A stretch of DNA of 63,520 nucleotides, counting the filler, from Diploschistes diacapsis (lineage: Eukaryota): the NCBI GenBank assembly GCA_023645945.1. It is 20 parts of 20 records of this genome, joined end to end, with 100 filler letters (N's around TTAATTAATTAA, not from the genome) between each part and the next. Parts side by side here need not be neighbours in the genome. Positions count along the whole stretch, not along the records: positions 47,097 to 49,063 come from JALAIB010002467.1; positions 49,164 to 51,130 come from JALAIB010002468.1; positions 51,231 to 53,197 come from JALAIB010002469.1; positions 53,298 to 55,264 come from JALAIB010002470.1; positions 55,365 to 57,330 come from JALAIB010002471.1; positions 57,431 to 59,395 come from JALAIB010002472.1; 14 more parts are not named here. One strand, written 5' to 3'. Below are positions 47,542 through 59,395 of this stretch, in pieces. The position numbers and the translations under genes are program-made. The notes under the pieces are model-generated. The model ran no database searches. It was given only the letters and a program-made list of their open reading frames with translations, and was not told where the DNA came from. The stretch's first letter is position 1. Each line of letters starts with the position of its first letter.

Positions 47542-49063
47542 AACGAATACGGAAACTTCGGATACGATTATTTCAAACACGAAATATTAATATACGTCTT
47601 TTACGGAAAGCTAGTCACTAACGTAACATTCTAACGATATTACGAGGAAATATTATATACGTAATCGGATTATTAATAACGTATATAACGCCCGTTATTG
47701 ACGTAATAAATTTTAATGCATTCGGTTCAGTAGATCTAAATTTAAATTTAAGTTTAATATTTCTCCTTAAAATCTTAACCCGCAAGAACCTTCTTATTAA
47801 CCGTCAATCACCATTATCTAACTCGGGTTGATTATATGGAATAAAAGCAGGGGCCCTCAAAATACTATAATCCTTAATAGGAGTAAATAATGAAGGTTTA
47901 GTATTATTTAACTGAACCTTTGTCTTTATTTTTGATACGTTTTTAACGTGCGTAATTGACCCGTCGTTAACGTGGATAATTGACCCGTCGTTGACGTGGG
48001 TAATTGACCCGTCGTTGACGTAGGTAATTAACCCGTCGTTAACGTGGGTAATTGACCCGTCGTTGACGTGGGTAATTAACCCGTCGTTGACACCTCCAAT
48101 ATTAGATACTAGATCGTTAGTATTAATGTATCCGATCATTATATCTAGTTTCGCTTTATTTATTAACTTATTTTATCGTTTAAATAACGATTTGGGATTT
48201 ACGTAATTATAACTTCTTAATCTTTAAATACGGATATTATTTATTAACGGCTTTTCGTTTAATTAATGCTCGATAGGCGTCGCGACTGAATCGTTTAGTT
48301 CAAATCTTATTGTTATTCTGTTTCGGATATAGTATTAAACCAATACTATTTCGTCCTAGAAAGCGTATCCTTATTTCGCTTTTTTAAGTATGGCACGGAT
48401 ATTTATCTCGGTAATTTATATAAATCTTTCGGTAGTGCCATTTTAACTTAACGTGTATGATACTATCGGTTCCATCTAAATTCCTAAACTTCTCCCCCAA
48501 TCCTCGATTGTAGAGATTAGTTCAGATACATTATCGAAACGCACCGCTTTTAGTTACTTGCCGTTTTAAAATTCTGTATTTACTTTCTAGAATTATAAAA
48601 TACGAACAGCATCCTTCCGAGTTTTACAGAAAATAAACTAGGTTCTTCGCGAGTAATTGTCGACAATTTCTATAAAGTATAAATTTAGGATGCTTTGCTT
48701 ATGTTTAACTAAAATACGGCTAATTTGTTGCTTAGCTTTTGTCAATTAATATATTTCATACGTATAAGGTGCGATATGGATAGGATTAGCGAGAATCGTA
48801 ATTTCGTGTAGATTTTGGAGCTTCTTAGGTCTTATATAGGCCATACGTGCGTGTTATAGCTGATAACTGTTTTTATTAGACTGAACTTTTAGGTTCAGTT
48901 CAGGTTTAGGTTTAATTATTAGATACGTAATTATTTTTTACGTATGTTCTTCTTTTGTAACTTTGCTCGAGTAATAAACTCTATTCTTTTTTTTATATAT
49001 AAAAATAATCCGACCGTCCTCGTCGTGTAAATACAAACCTTTTTAATCAAAATTCCTTTATAA
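47542..49063 (-). mobile_element. RIP-degraded Copia pol (pre-integrase, integrase, IN-RT linker)
   Basis: Reverse complement of 51320-52142 and 58690-59160; QL*HARMAYIG, KAVRFDNV motifs; 24-bp repeat array at about 47945-48091. Confidence 0.82.
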
Positions 49064-49163
49064 NNNNNNNNNNNNNNNNNNNNNNNNNNNNNNNNNNNNN
49101 NNNNNNNTTAATTAATTAANNNNNNNNNNNNNNNNNNNNNNNNNNNNNNNNNNNNNNNNNNNN

Positions 49164-49877
49164 TCCCTGCGCCGCGCCCCCACCGCAAACCTGCGCCTCG
49201 AGACCGTCGAGCCCCCGTGCTCGCCCCGCCCGCGCCATTCCCGAAGCCGCAGCTACAGCACCTCGAAGCCCAGCGCGCCTCTCGTCCCCCTCTCCATCTC
49301 CTCCGCGCCACGCACCCGCAGCGCCAGCCCGGACCAGCGGCCCGGCCTCTCCCGCTACGCCACGAGCGCAAGCACGAGCTTCGCCAGCCGCCCGCCGTCC
49401 CGCACCGCCTCGCGCAACAACAGCTATTCCTCCGCCACTTCGTGCGACAACTCCCCCTTCTCCTCGCGCAACAATAGCGTCTCCTCCCAGTCCTCCTACG
49501 GCTCCTTCTCCGGCCCGTCGTCCGCGTCGCACTCGCGCAACAACTCGCTCTCCCGCGCGTACAGCTCCGGCCCAGCCGTGGGAGACAGAGATAGGGACAG
49601 CTACGACGCCGGCGCGAGCGGCAAGTATGGGTACAGAGACAACAGGGGCCTCGCGCTGTTCCGGCGGCGGGGCTCTTCGGTCTCGCCGGAGAGGGGCGAG
49701 CGCCTGGGCTATTCGGCTTCTCCGGAGCGGGGCGACAGGAGGGGGAGCGCGCGCCAGTACAAGGCGCCCGTCATCTACCGCATCAAGCGCGAGCCTAGTC
49801 CGCCTGGGCTGCCGGGCGGTGATGCGGCGCCGGCGGTGCCGCCGAAGGACGAGTATGTTTATCGGAGGCGGCGCTGA
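49164..49877 (+). CDS. 3' part of a GC-rich gene for a Ser/Arg/Pro-rich low-complexity protein
   Basis: Frame open from the contig edge (SLRRAPTANLRLETVE...) to TGA at 49877; strong C/G third-position bias; three SRNNS motifs; ends APAVPPKDEYVYRRRR. Confidence 0.7.
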   Translation, partial: SLRRAPTANLRLETVEPPCSPRPRHSRSRSYSTSKPSAPLVPLSISSAPRTRSASPDQRPGLSRYATSASTSFASRPPSRTASRNNSYSSATSCDNSPFSSRNNSVSSQSSYGSFSGPSSASHSRNNSLSRAYSSGPAVGDRDRDSYDAGASGKYGYRDNRGLALFRRRGSSVSPERGERLGYSASPERGDRRGSARQYKAPVIYRIKREPSPPGLPGGDAAPAVPPKDEYVYRRRR

Positions 49878-50974
49878 GGAGGGTGCTTGCTGGCTGTTTG
49901 TTTGATCCGAGGTTATTTTGCTTGTTGCATTCCGATGGCGTTGTGGAATTGGGAATGTGGGAAAGGGAAACGTTTTTGACAAATGGATGGGCGGCGCAAT
50001 GATAGTACTACCTGCCTGCCTACCTGCACCTGCCTACGCGGACCACCATGCATGAACCTGGTGTTCCCAACAACCTCCTAACGATGACTACGACGGTGGC
50101 GATGACGCAGAGGAAGAGGATGAAGTCGACCCGCCTGGCGCGGCGATCCGGACTGCATCCAGACGACCTACCTATCTACCCACCGACTTCTGTCTCACGG
50201 AAAAACGCTAATCCTAATGCACACACACACATACTCTCTCTCTCTATCATGTGGTACAGAGTTGTCGGAAAAGCTGGAGGAGGATGACGCGAGCGATCTG
50301 CTGTCGGCGAAATGAATGCTAGGAGTCTCAGGGACTTGGAGGGATGCTAGACGCTGTGGCAACCAGAGTAGATTAGACAGACAAGACAGACAAGACAAGG
50401 CCAGCTTTTTGAACTACTGCAGCTTCGCAGCCACTCGCTCTCTGAAGGAGACTGATTCATCTGGTGCCTCGTTTAGTGAGACCCTGGAGATAGTTACCGA
50501 AAGCCAGCCCACCTCAATGCGTGAAACCACGTGATGATCATACCTAGTAAAAAGCACACAGACAACCAGCATCCGAGAACGAATTCGGATATACAGCATC
50601 GCCGAACAAAAACCAACACACCCTCTTCACATCACCACACAGAAGGGGCACCCCAGAATCCCCAAAACCCAAGCGAAAGCGTCGAAGCAGGCCCAAGCCA
50701 ACGTCAAAAGGACACACCAACCAGCCAACTATCTCAAAACCAGCATTTGAGCATCAGATAAAAAAAAAAAAAAACCAAGGTGGCTCGAAAAAAATACAAT
50801 CCGCCGCTTTCACAGCTCGCACATACCCCGGAAAAAAAAAACATCTGGACTGGGGCTTTTGCCGGGTTTGGGGGAACTGAGATGCTTGAACAGTGCATCG
50901 TGACGACTGCTCCCTGCACGCGGTATCCCCTTCGGTGGGCTGTGTATCGGCCGTCGCTCCCTTTTCGCTACGCA

Positions 50975-51120
50975 GGCATCCGCATCCGCATCCGCATCCC
51001 CGGGTCCGGGTCCGGGTCCCCGCCCCAGGGCTCTGGAACCGTGGACTTGGTACAGCATGCCCCAGGCAGCTAGCTAGCTAGCCAGCGGAAAGCGGAACCG
51101 GAGGCGGAGACGGAGGCGGA
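50975..51120. repeat. Compound microsatellites (GCATCC)n, (CCGGGT)n, (GCTA)n, (GCGGAR)n
   Basis: Directly visible short tandem repeats. Confidence 0.85.
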
Positions 51121-51230
51121 AGGGGGGGGGNNNNNNNNNNNNNNNNNNNNNNNNNNNNNNNNNNNNNNNNNNNNTTAATTAATTAANNNNNNNNNNNNNN
51201 NNNNNNNNNNNNNNNNNNNNNNNNNNNNNN

Positions 51231-52142
51231 GCATTTAAGATATATGATGTATATACTTGGACTGAAAGCAAACCTTATATCGGGGCAAAAGTTATATAAA
51301 ATAAGATTACGGGGGAATTTTGATTAAAAGGGCTTGTATTTACACGACGAGGACGGTCGGATTATTCTTATATACAAAAAAAAGAATGGAGTTTATTATT
51401 CGAGCAAGATTATAAAAAAAGAATATACGTATAGAATAACTACGTACCCAATAACTGAACCTAAATCTAAACTAAATCTAAAAGTTTAATTTAATAAAAA
51501 TAATTATCAGCTATAACACGCACGTATGACTTATATGGGACCTAAGATGCTCTAGAACCTGCATGAAATTACGATTCTCGCTAATTTCATTCGCGTCGTA
51601 CCTCATACGTATAAGATATGCTAATTAATTAAAGTTAAACAACATATTAGTCGTACGCTCGCTAAATATAAGCAAAGTATCCTAGATTTAATAAGTATCG
51701 ACATTTATGGACCGTTCTTAAGGTTATTTGACAATAACCAGTACTTCATAAAGATAATAAATAATTATTCGCGAAAAACCTGATCTATTTCTTACAAAAT
51801 TCGGAAAGATGCTGTTCGTATTTTATAATTTTAAAAAGTGAATACAGAGCTTTAAAGCGGTAAATAATTTAAAGCGATACGTCTCGATAATATACCTAAA
51901 CTTATCTCTATAATCGAGAATTAAAGAAAAAGTTTAAATTTCAGATAACACCGATAGTACCATACTCGTTAAATTAAAATAATACTGCCGAAAGATCCAT
52001 ACAAACTATCGAGATAAACATCCGTGCCATAATTAAGAGAACGAAGCAAGAATACGCTTTCTAAGACGAAACAGTATTAATCCAATGCCACATCCGAAAT
52101 AGAACGATAATAAAATTTAAACCAAACGATTCAGTCGCGACG
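51231..52142 (+). mobile_element. RIP-degraded Copia integrase
   Basis: DLISIDIYGPF, YFIKIINNYSRKT, KAIRLDNIPKL motifs with RIP-type stops. Confidence 0.85.
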
Positions 52143-52605
52143 TGTTATGATCTCTATCTCTACAATGTAGGCACGAGGTATTGATCAAGGTAGGTTTGGT
52201 CTCTGTTAGAAGAGAAATGTGGCAAGAAAAGAAGTAGATTAGTTATAGGTCTATACTGATTTCTAGAAAGATTGCTATTTATTAATAAAAAGATAACGAA
52301 TATAGATTGATCTCGAGTAAATACTAAAGATATCTATAAAAATAAATATATAGGACATAAATAGTCCTAATACTAAAATTATATAATAAAGTCCTTAATA
52401 GAGCATTAATGCTAGCTCCTTTTGCTCCAACGAAGCGGAGGGAACGTTTTTAGTGATTCTTATAAAATAAAGGGAGCGCTGCTTATTATTCTTATAGAAC
52501 GTATAAAGCGGCGCCGCTCGTTTTAACAGCTCACGTGACACGAACGTTATTAAATTCTTAAATAAATAGTTAGGACGTGACAGGTCTATTATCTGGATCG
52601 TAATA
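52143..52605 (-). mobile_element. LTR family A variant abutting the Copia integrase fragment
   Basis: TGTTATGATCTCTATC...GGATCGTAATA on the plus strand. Confidence 0.82.
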
Positions 52606-52632
52606 TTATTCTTTTTTTTAATATTGTCGATC

Positions 52633-53197
52633 TGAGACAGATCAGCCCAGGCGTGCCAAGCCACCAGGGTCACATGACGGGTACCAACCGTGCCAAGGAT
52701 GTTAGGAGGTGGCTGTGTAGGCGAGTAGGACCCGAACCCTGTAGGGCTGGCACCTATACACTATTTATTCCTGCTACCTTTTCATTTAGATAGTTTCTTC
52801 TCTAGCTTTTCGAATCGAGACCTTTTATTTACAAATGTCCAGTTACACGTAATCCCTTCGGATCAGATTTAGCCCCCGGTAATATAGTATCCTATATCTA
52901 CGCTGGCGTTTCATATTCGAAAAGTTCATTTTATTTTCGCACTCGTGACGAGAGTTTAAAACGTTAACCGAATTAAATATTCGAGTAAGTTTATAATAAC
53001 CGAACTCGAAAGTATTATCCGCCGCCGAATTATTATAAATAATGGCCCCCGCTAATAAAAAGGATTAAAAAAGAAAAAGAAAGTCGATTATACTTTCGTT
53101 TTTTAAAAAATTAATTAAAATACTATCGATTAAAAAGTACGATTTAATAAATGAATCGTTAATTAAAAAACAATCCATTAAATATCCCGCGTTATAA
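52633..53197 (+). mobile_element. Gypsy 5' LTR family B (52633-52913) and leader
   Basis: TGAGACAG...GCTGGCGTTTCA|TATTCGAAAAG. Confidence 0.82.
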
Positions 53198-53664
53198 NNN
53201 NNNNNNNNNNNNNNNNNNNNNNNNNNNNNNNNNNNNNNNNNTTAATTAATTAANNNNNNNNNNNNNNNNNNNNNNNNNNNNNNNNNNNNNNNNNNNNTTC
53301 TAATACTAATTAATTCGTATATTATTAATAATTTATAACTTAGCGAAAATACTTTATATAATATAATAATAATAATAATTACGTAATTATAATTATATAA
53401 TGATTAATTATTATTATTATTATTATTATTAATATTATATTAAATTCATTAATTTTTTTGCTTACGTAATATATTAGTAAAAAAATGATTGGCCTCGCTA
53501 TCTTCGCCAGCTTTCGCCAGTTTCGCCGTGTTTCGCCAAACCTTTTGGCGAAAGTTGGCGAGTCGCTTGAACGCATTATCTGTCGCCCACCTCGCCGGTT
53601 TCGCCAGTTTCGCCAACCTCGCGGATTTTTGCGGTGTTTCGCCGCCAAAAACTTTTCGTGATGA

Positions 53665-54572
53665 AATGCAAAAGCAGTAAATACGAAAGCAGTAAATACG
53701 AAAGCAGTAAATACGAAAGCAGTAAATACGAAAGCAGTAGGTGCGAAAGCAATAGATTTTGAAAGTAGTAGGTGCAAAAGTAATAGATGCGAAAGTAATA
53801 GATTCAAAAGCAGTAAATACAAAAATAATAGATTCGAAAGTAGTAGGGTTAAAGTCATAGATTCGAAAATAATAATAAGTTTAAAATGATAGGTTTAAAA
53901 GCTGTAAATTCGAAAACATTAAGTGCGAAAGCAATAGATACAAAAGCAGTAGGTGCGAAAGTAGTAGATTTGAAAACAGTAGATGCGACAGCAGTAGATT
54001 TGAAAGCAATAGGTGCGAAAGCATTAGATTCGAAAGCAGTAGATACGAAAGCAGTAGATGCGAAAGTAGCAAACTCGAAAGCAGTAGATGCGAAAGTAGT
54101 AGATTCGAAAGCAGTAGGTGCGAAAGCAGTAGATGCGAAAGTAGTAGGTTCGAAAGCAGTAAATGCGAAAGCAGCAAACTCGAAAGCAGTAGATGCGAAA
54201 GCAGTAAGTTCGAAAGTAGTAGATTCGAAAGCAGTAGATACGAAAGCAGTAGGTGCGAAAGCAGTAGATGCGAAAGTAGTAGGTTCGAAAGCAGTAGGTG
54301 CGAAAGCAGCAGACTCGAAAGCAGTAGATGCAAAAGCAGTAGGTTCAAAAACAGTAGATTTGAAAGCAGCAGGTGCGAAAGTAGTAGGTGCGACAGTAAT
54401 AGATGCGAAAGCAGTAAATGCGAAAGCAGTAGATTCGAAAGTAGTAAATGCGAAAGCAGTAAATGCGAAAGCAGTAGGTTCAAAAGCAGTAGGTTCGAAA
54501 GCAGTAAGTTCAAAAGCACTAGATGCGAAAGTAGTAGGTTAAAAGTAATCAATGCGAAAGCAGCAGATACAA
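53665..54572 (+). repeat. 15-bp minisatellite (consensus GCGAAAGCAGTAGAT), roughly 60 units
   Basis: Directly visible; translates as KAVDA/KAVGS pentapeptides on the plus strand. Confidence 0.95.
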
Positions 54573-55264
54573 AAAAAGATGCAAAAAAAGATGCCACGTA
54601 ATAGTTCAGTTCAGTTCGGCCAATCAAACCCTTGACTGATACTTTCGGAGTTAATTTCTTATCTACGGTTTTTTCTACGCCCATAAACATACTAATCTGC
54701 AACTATAGTCCTGCGCTTCGCTTAGGAATTAAACCGGATATATCGGAACCTACTACGTTAATAACGAACATCGTACGCGTTATTAATAAGTTAACCACGC
54801 ACCCGATATCTATCGACGCCGCGTTAATAACGTCCAATACATACGATTTTTGAATAATAAGCGATAGGAACGACGCTTTAATAATTATAATGGTTTAAAG
54901 TATTAAAAAGGTATATAACACGATTTCCGTTATTAGTAAACGATAGCGGGATGTCGAACATTTTTTATTAATTAAAATATTAAGAAGTTATATGGCGCTT
55001 ATAGCCAATAAACAGGAAATAACTAGCGACGTTTATTTAAGATCGACGCGTGTTAGTATCTTAAAAAACTATAAACAGGTCGTAAATTTAATCTTCGGAT
55101 AATAATAAGAAACAGTAATAAAGAAAAAATCGATTTTTTATTATTAAATTAGATCTAGATTGAATTACTTAAACCATGTAAAGCCATTAATATTAAAAGC
55201 TTAAGATAGGTTTTCGATATTAAATATAATCTTAATAATGACATTAAAAGGTTCAAGATTAGAT
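54573..55264 (+). mobile_element. Copia IN-RT linker and start of reverse transcriptase, RIP-degraded
   Basis: Homologous to 59000-59395; LKNYKQVVN and LR*VFDIKYN...IKRFKIR (RT N-terminal motifs). Confidence 0.8.
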
Positions 55265-55391
55265 NNNNNNNNNNNNNNNNNNNNNNNNNNNNNNNNNNNN
55301 NNNNNNNNTTAATTAATTAANNNNNNNNNNNNNNNNNNNNNNNNNNNNNNNNNNNNNNNNNNNNATAATTTGTTATTAAACCTATACATTA

Positions 55392-57330
55392 ACGTATATG
55401 CATAGCGAGCGGACACTCATAGCGAGCGGACACCCTTCTCGATTCATACGAGTTACAACTATATTTACGCAATTAATTCTTACGATAATTCATTATATTA
55501 ATTATCAGTATCTTCCTCAGAAGCTATAAATTTTATTTCGTAAATTCGTGCATTATACCCGGACTAATTACACTTGTTATAGCGTCGTACGCGCAATCCG
55601 ACCTCCTTCGTACGACTTTTATTTTTAGATATATCAGCCTCCTCTATACGAATATCGACCTTTAAAGACTGTAATGCGATTGCTTCTAATACGTTAAATA
55701 ATCCTTCAGCTCGTACGCGCGTTTTTCTAACCTTTTTTCGTTTGTTAAGTGCTTTATTCGCCGTACGAAATATCTTAATCTCGGTTTTAAGAATTACCAT
55801 TCAACGTATAATCTAGGCTGGCCGTCACTGACACTGACACTGCCGGTATCAGTGACACTGACACCGCAATGTCAGTGTCAGTGTTTTAGATTTTTATGCT
55901 GCGGTGTCCGTGTCCGTGCTTTCGCTGCAGTGCAGTGTCCGTGTCAGTATCAATATTTTAAATTTTTTAACTGCGGTATCCGTGTTCATGCTTTCATTAT
56001 AATATAATATCAATTTCAGTGTCCGTGCCGAGAAAATTTTTAATACGGTATCCGTGTCTATGCATTCACCGAAACACTTTTAAATAATTTAATTATTTTA
56101 ATAATTCTAGAATTATCATATCTATTTCTCACGCTTTTATTTTTTTAAACAAATTTCATCGCGATATTTCGATGATTTCACTACAATTATAATATCCATA
56201 TTAGTATCAATGTTTTAGATTTTTTTACTACGGTATCCGCGTCCGTGTTTTCAATACAGTACAATATCCGTATCAGTATCAATGTTTTAGATTTTTTAGC
56301 TGCGGTGTCCGTGTCCGTGCTTTCACTGCAGTGCAGTGTTAGTGTCAGTATCCGTGCCAAGAAATTTTCTGTTGCGGTGTCAGTGTCAGTGTCAGTGTCA
56401 GTGGCACGAAACGGCCAGCCTAGTATAATCGTCCGCGTAAATAATTTAGATAATAGAAACCTATTCTCGATTACCGGGTTATTTCGTACGAGGTCTATCT
56501 TTGCGATCTAAATTAATTACGACGTTTATATGGCCTAATATTCCTATAAGAAAGCCGGTTTCGTCGAAATTGTAAATATCCGAATCGAGGATACTATATT
56601 TATTAATTACGTTACGTACGAGGTCGAATCAGTTTCGTACGATTCGTGAATTTTTAGTTAATACTTTCTAATAACGTATTTTAAACATTTTTTGTTTTCG
56701 TACGAAGTTTTATGTTTATCGTAATCCGATTAACGGCGTATTTCGAGCTGCGCGTATTAAGTTGGTTATATCGCGTATATCGTTCTATCGCGGCGGAAAA
56801 CTATATTCGATTAAATTAATCGTATATTCAAGAATCGTCTTTTCTTTTAATAAAATTAAATTTATTAAGTTAATTAAGATATCGTGTCTTAAAATACGAC
56901 CATCGCGTCGATCAATAAACGTCGTACGAAAAACCTTATATATCTAGGATACGCGTTTTATATTAAGATATAGATCTTGTTTAATCATCTAAAGTGTTAT
57001 TATAATTCAATTTTCAATTAATACTTTTAATAATCGATTTTACGTTGAAATCGCATTTTAAGCATTTTTTGCTTTCGTACGAAATTTAATATTTATCGTG
57101 GTTTAATCGGTCGCGTATTTCGAGTTACGCGTATTAAGTTCGTTATATCGCGTATGTCGTTTTATCGCGGCGGAGATTTATATTCGATTAAATTAATCGT
57201 ACGTTTAAAAATCGGTTTTTCTTTTAACACGATTAAAATTATTAAGTTATTTAAGAAATTATATCTTAAAATACGATTATCGCGTCGAGCAATAAACGTC
57301 GTATAAATAATTTTATATATTTAAAATACG
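55392..57330 (-). mobile_element. Pogo/Fot1 transposon with internal deletion, carrying a hAT insertion
   Basis: TA|ACGTATATGCATAGCGAGCGGACACTCATAGCGAGCGGACAC TIR; C-terminal ANKALNKRKKVRKTRV...RRYNKCN*SGYNAR; DIYNFDETGF and PGNRE motifs at about 56480-56580. Confidence 0.87.
55814..56422 (+). mobile_element. Complete non-autonomous hAT element (609 bp)
   Basis: TIRs TAGGCTGGCCGT / ACGGCCAGCCTA; perfect 8-bp TSD GTATAATC (55806-55813 / 56423-56430). Confidence 0.93.
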
Positions 57331-57721
57331 NNNNNNNNNNNNNNNNNNNNNNNNNNNNNNNNNNNNNNNNNNNNTTAATTAATTAANNNNNNNNNNNNNN
57401 NNNNNNNNNNNNNNNNNNNNNNNNNNNNNNTTAAATAACAGGATAATTTAAGAATGTTTATTAATTATAACAATTTTACGAAACAAATCTGACTGGCTTT
57501 TGGTACTATTAACGATAAACAATATGTCATACGGGTTAATAAGCCCGTACGTTAGAAAAGATTAATTTTAAAATATATCGCGAAATTCTAGGAATACTTT
57601 AAGAAAACTGAATAAAATATAACGTTTTAATAGAAATATACCGCGAAGGTCTTAAAAAATCTATTAAAGACGAATTCATACGTAATTAAAATAATATCGG
57701 AAGTTGAAACGCTTTATAAAC

Positions 57722-58163
57722 TGTTACGATCCAAGTACCAGACTTGGCACGTCCCAGCTTTCTTGTATATAGGCCGGCCAGGGTGGCACGGGTCACGTGA
57801 CTGACAGATGCCTGATGACAGATGTCTGTCGGGGCAGATCTGTTCGGACAGCTTTCTGTTAATAACAGCGTTATCGCGACAGCTTTGCTGTCGACGACTG
57901 GCTGTTGTTTTAAATTATATATATAAACGTCGCTATAGTTCTTGTAAGTTCTGATATATTTACTTTCATAGACATCCTTAGTCATTACTCGGGATCAATT
58001 TATATTCGTTATTTCTATTATTAGAAATTTTTTTTTTTTAAAGATAATTTAAGACCTATAACTGTTCTATCTTTTTTTCTTATTTACACTCTTTTTCTAA
58101 ACGAGACCGAATTTATCTTAATTAATATCTCGTGTTTATTTTATAGAAATAAAGATTAGAACA
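57722..58163 (+). mobile_element. LTR family A variant (5' LTR)
   Basis: TGTTACGATCCAAG...GATTAGAACA followed by the same leader as after 6110. Confidence 0.82.
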
Positions 58164-58216
58164 TTTAAACATCTTTAAGAATAAGTATTTTATATAATAT
58201 AACCGGGCGATCGCTA

Positions 58217-58673
58217 TGTTACGATCCAAATACCAGACTTAGCACGTCCCAGCTTTATTGTATATAAATCAGTCACGGGACGGGGGTCACGTGATGTGCT
58301 TACTGCTTGCGCTCACTTTCGTGAGCGGCGAGCGGGTTTTCGTTATCGCTCGATGATCGCGTTTATTCTCGTAAGCGACGAGCCTCGAAGATACCGTTCG
58401 TTAAATTTACAATAAACGGCGAGCGAGTTAATTATATATAAACACGACTTTATTTTCGTAAAAGAAAGCGTGTTTATTTTTATAAATATCTTTAATTATT
58501 ACTCGGGATCAATCTATATTCGTTATTTTTATTATTAAAGAGCCTTCTTTTTAAAGATAATCTAAGACCTATAACTGCTCTATCTTCTTCTCCTGCCACA
58601 TTCCTCTTCTAACAGAGACTAAACCCACCTTGATCCTACTCGTGTATACCGTGTATAGATAGAGATCATAACA
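58217..58673 (+). mobile_element. LTR family A variant
   Basis: TGTTACGATCCAAA...GAGATCATAACA; central module matches positions 1-120. Confidence 0.85.
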
Positions 58674-59395
58674 AAAGGGCGATAACGTAATGCTTATCCG
58701 AAAGCCATCGGGACGTCTAGCCAACGATTTAGTATTTAATATTAGAAATGTTAACGACGGGTTAATTATTCACGCCAAAGACGCATCAACGACAAAGGCA
58801 AAGGTTCAGTTAAATTATACTAAATTTGTACCATTTGTTCCTACCGAGGATCATAGCACCCTAAGGGCCCCTGCTCCCGCTTTATGTAATCAACCGAAGC
58901 CAGATGATAGTGGCCGACGGTTAATAAGGAAGTTTTTGCGGGTTGAGGTTTTAAGAAAAAGAACTGAATTTGAACCCGAACCTGAACCTAAATCTATTGA
59001 ACCGAATGTATTAAAGCCTATTGCGTTAATAACGGGCGTTATATACGTTATTAATAACCCGATTACGTATATAATATTAATTAACGCTACGTTAATAACG
59101 TCTAATATACAAGATTCTTAAGTAATAAACGATATGAACGACGCTTTAATAATTATGATTGTTTAAGATATTAAGAAATTTTATAATACGAATTCTGCTA
59201 TTAATAAGCGATAACGGGATGTCGAATACTTTTTATTAATTAAAATATTAAGGAGTTATATGGCGTTTGTGGCCAATAAATAAGAAATAGCGAACGACGT
59301 CGGTTCAAGATCGACGCGTGTTAGTATCTTAAGGAACGATAGGGAAGCCGTGAATGATCCGATCTTCGGACAAGAATAAGAAATAATAATAAAGA
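58674..59395 (+). mobile_element. Copia IN-RT linker fragment
   Basis: ORF 58690-59121 is homologous to ORFs 47804-48139(-) and 54632-54853. Confidence 0.75.

Noticed and set aside
49116..49982. 288-aa minus-strand Arg/Gly/Ala ORF
   Set aside because: Shadow of the GC-rich plus-strand coding frame; runs into the gap.
53881..54702. 273-aa Leu-rich ORF (LLLSH repeats) as an LRR or membrane protein
   Set aside because: It is the antisense reading of the 15-bp minisatellite.
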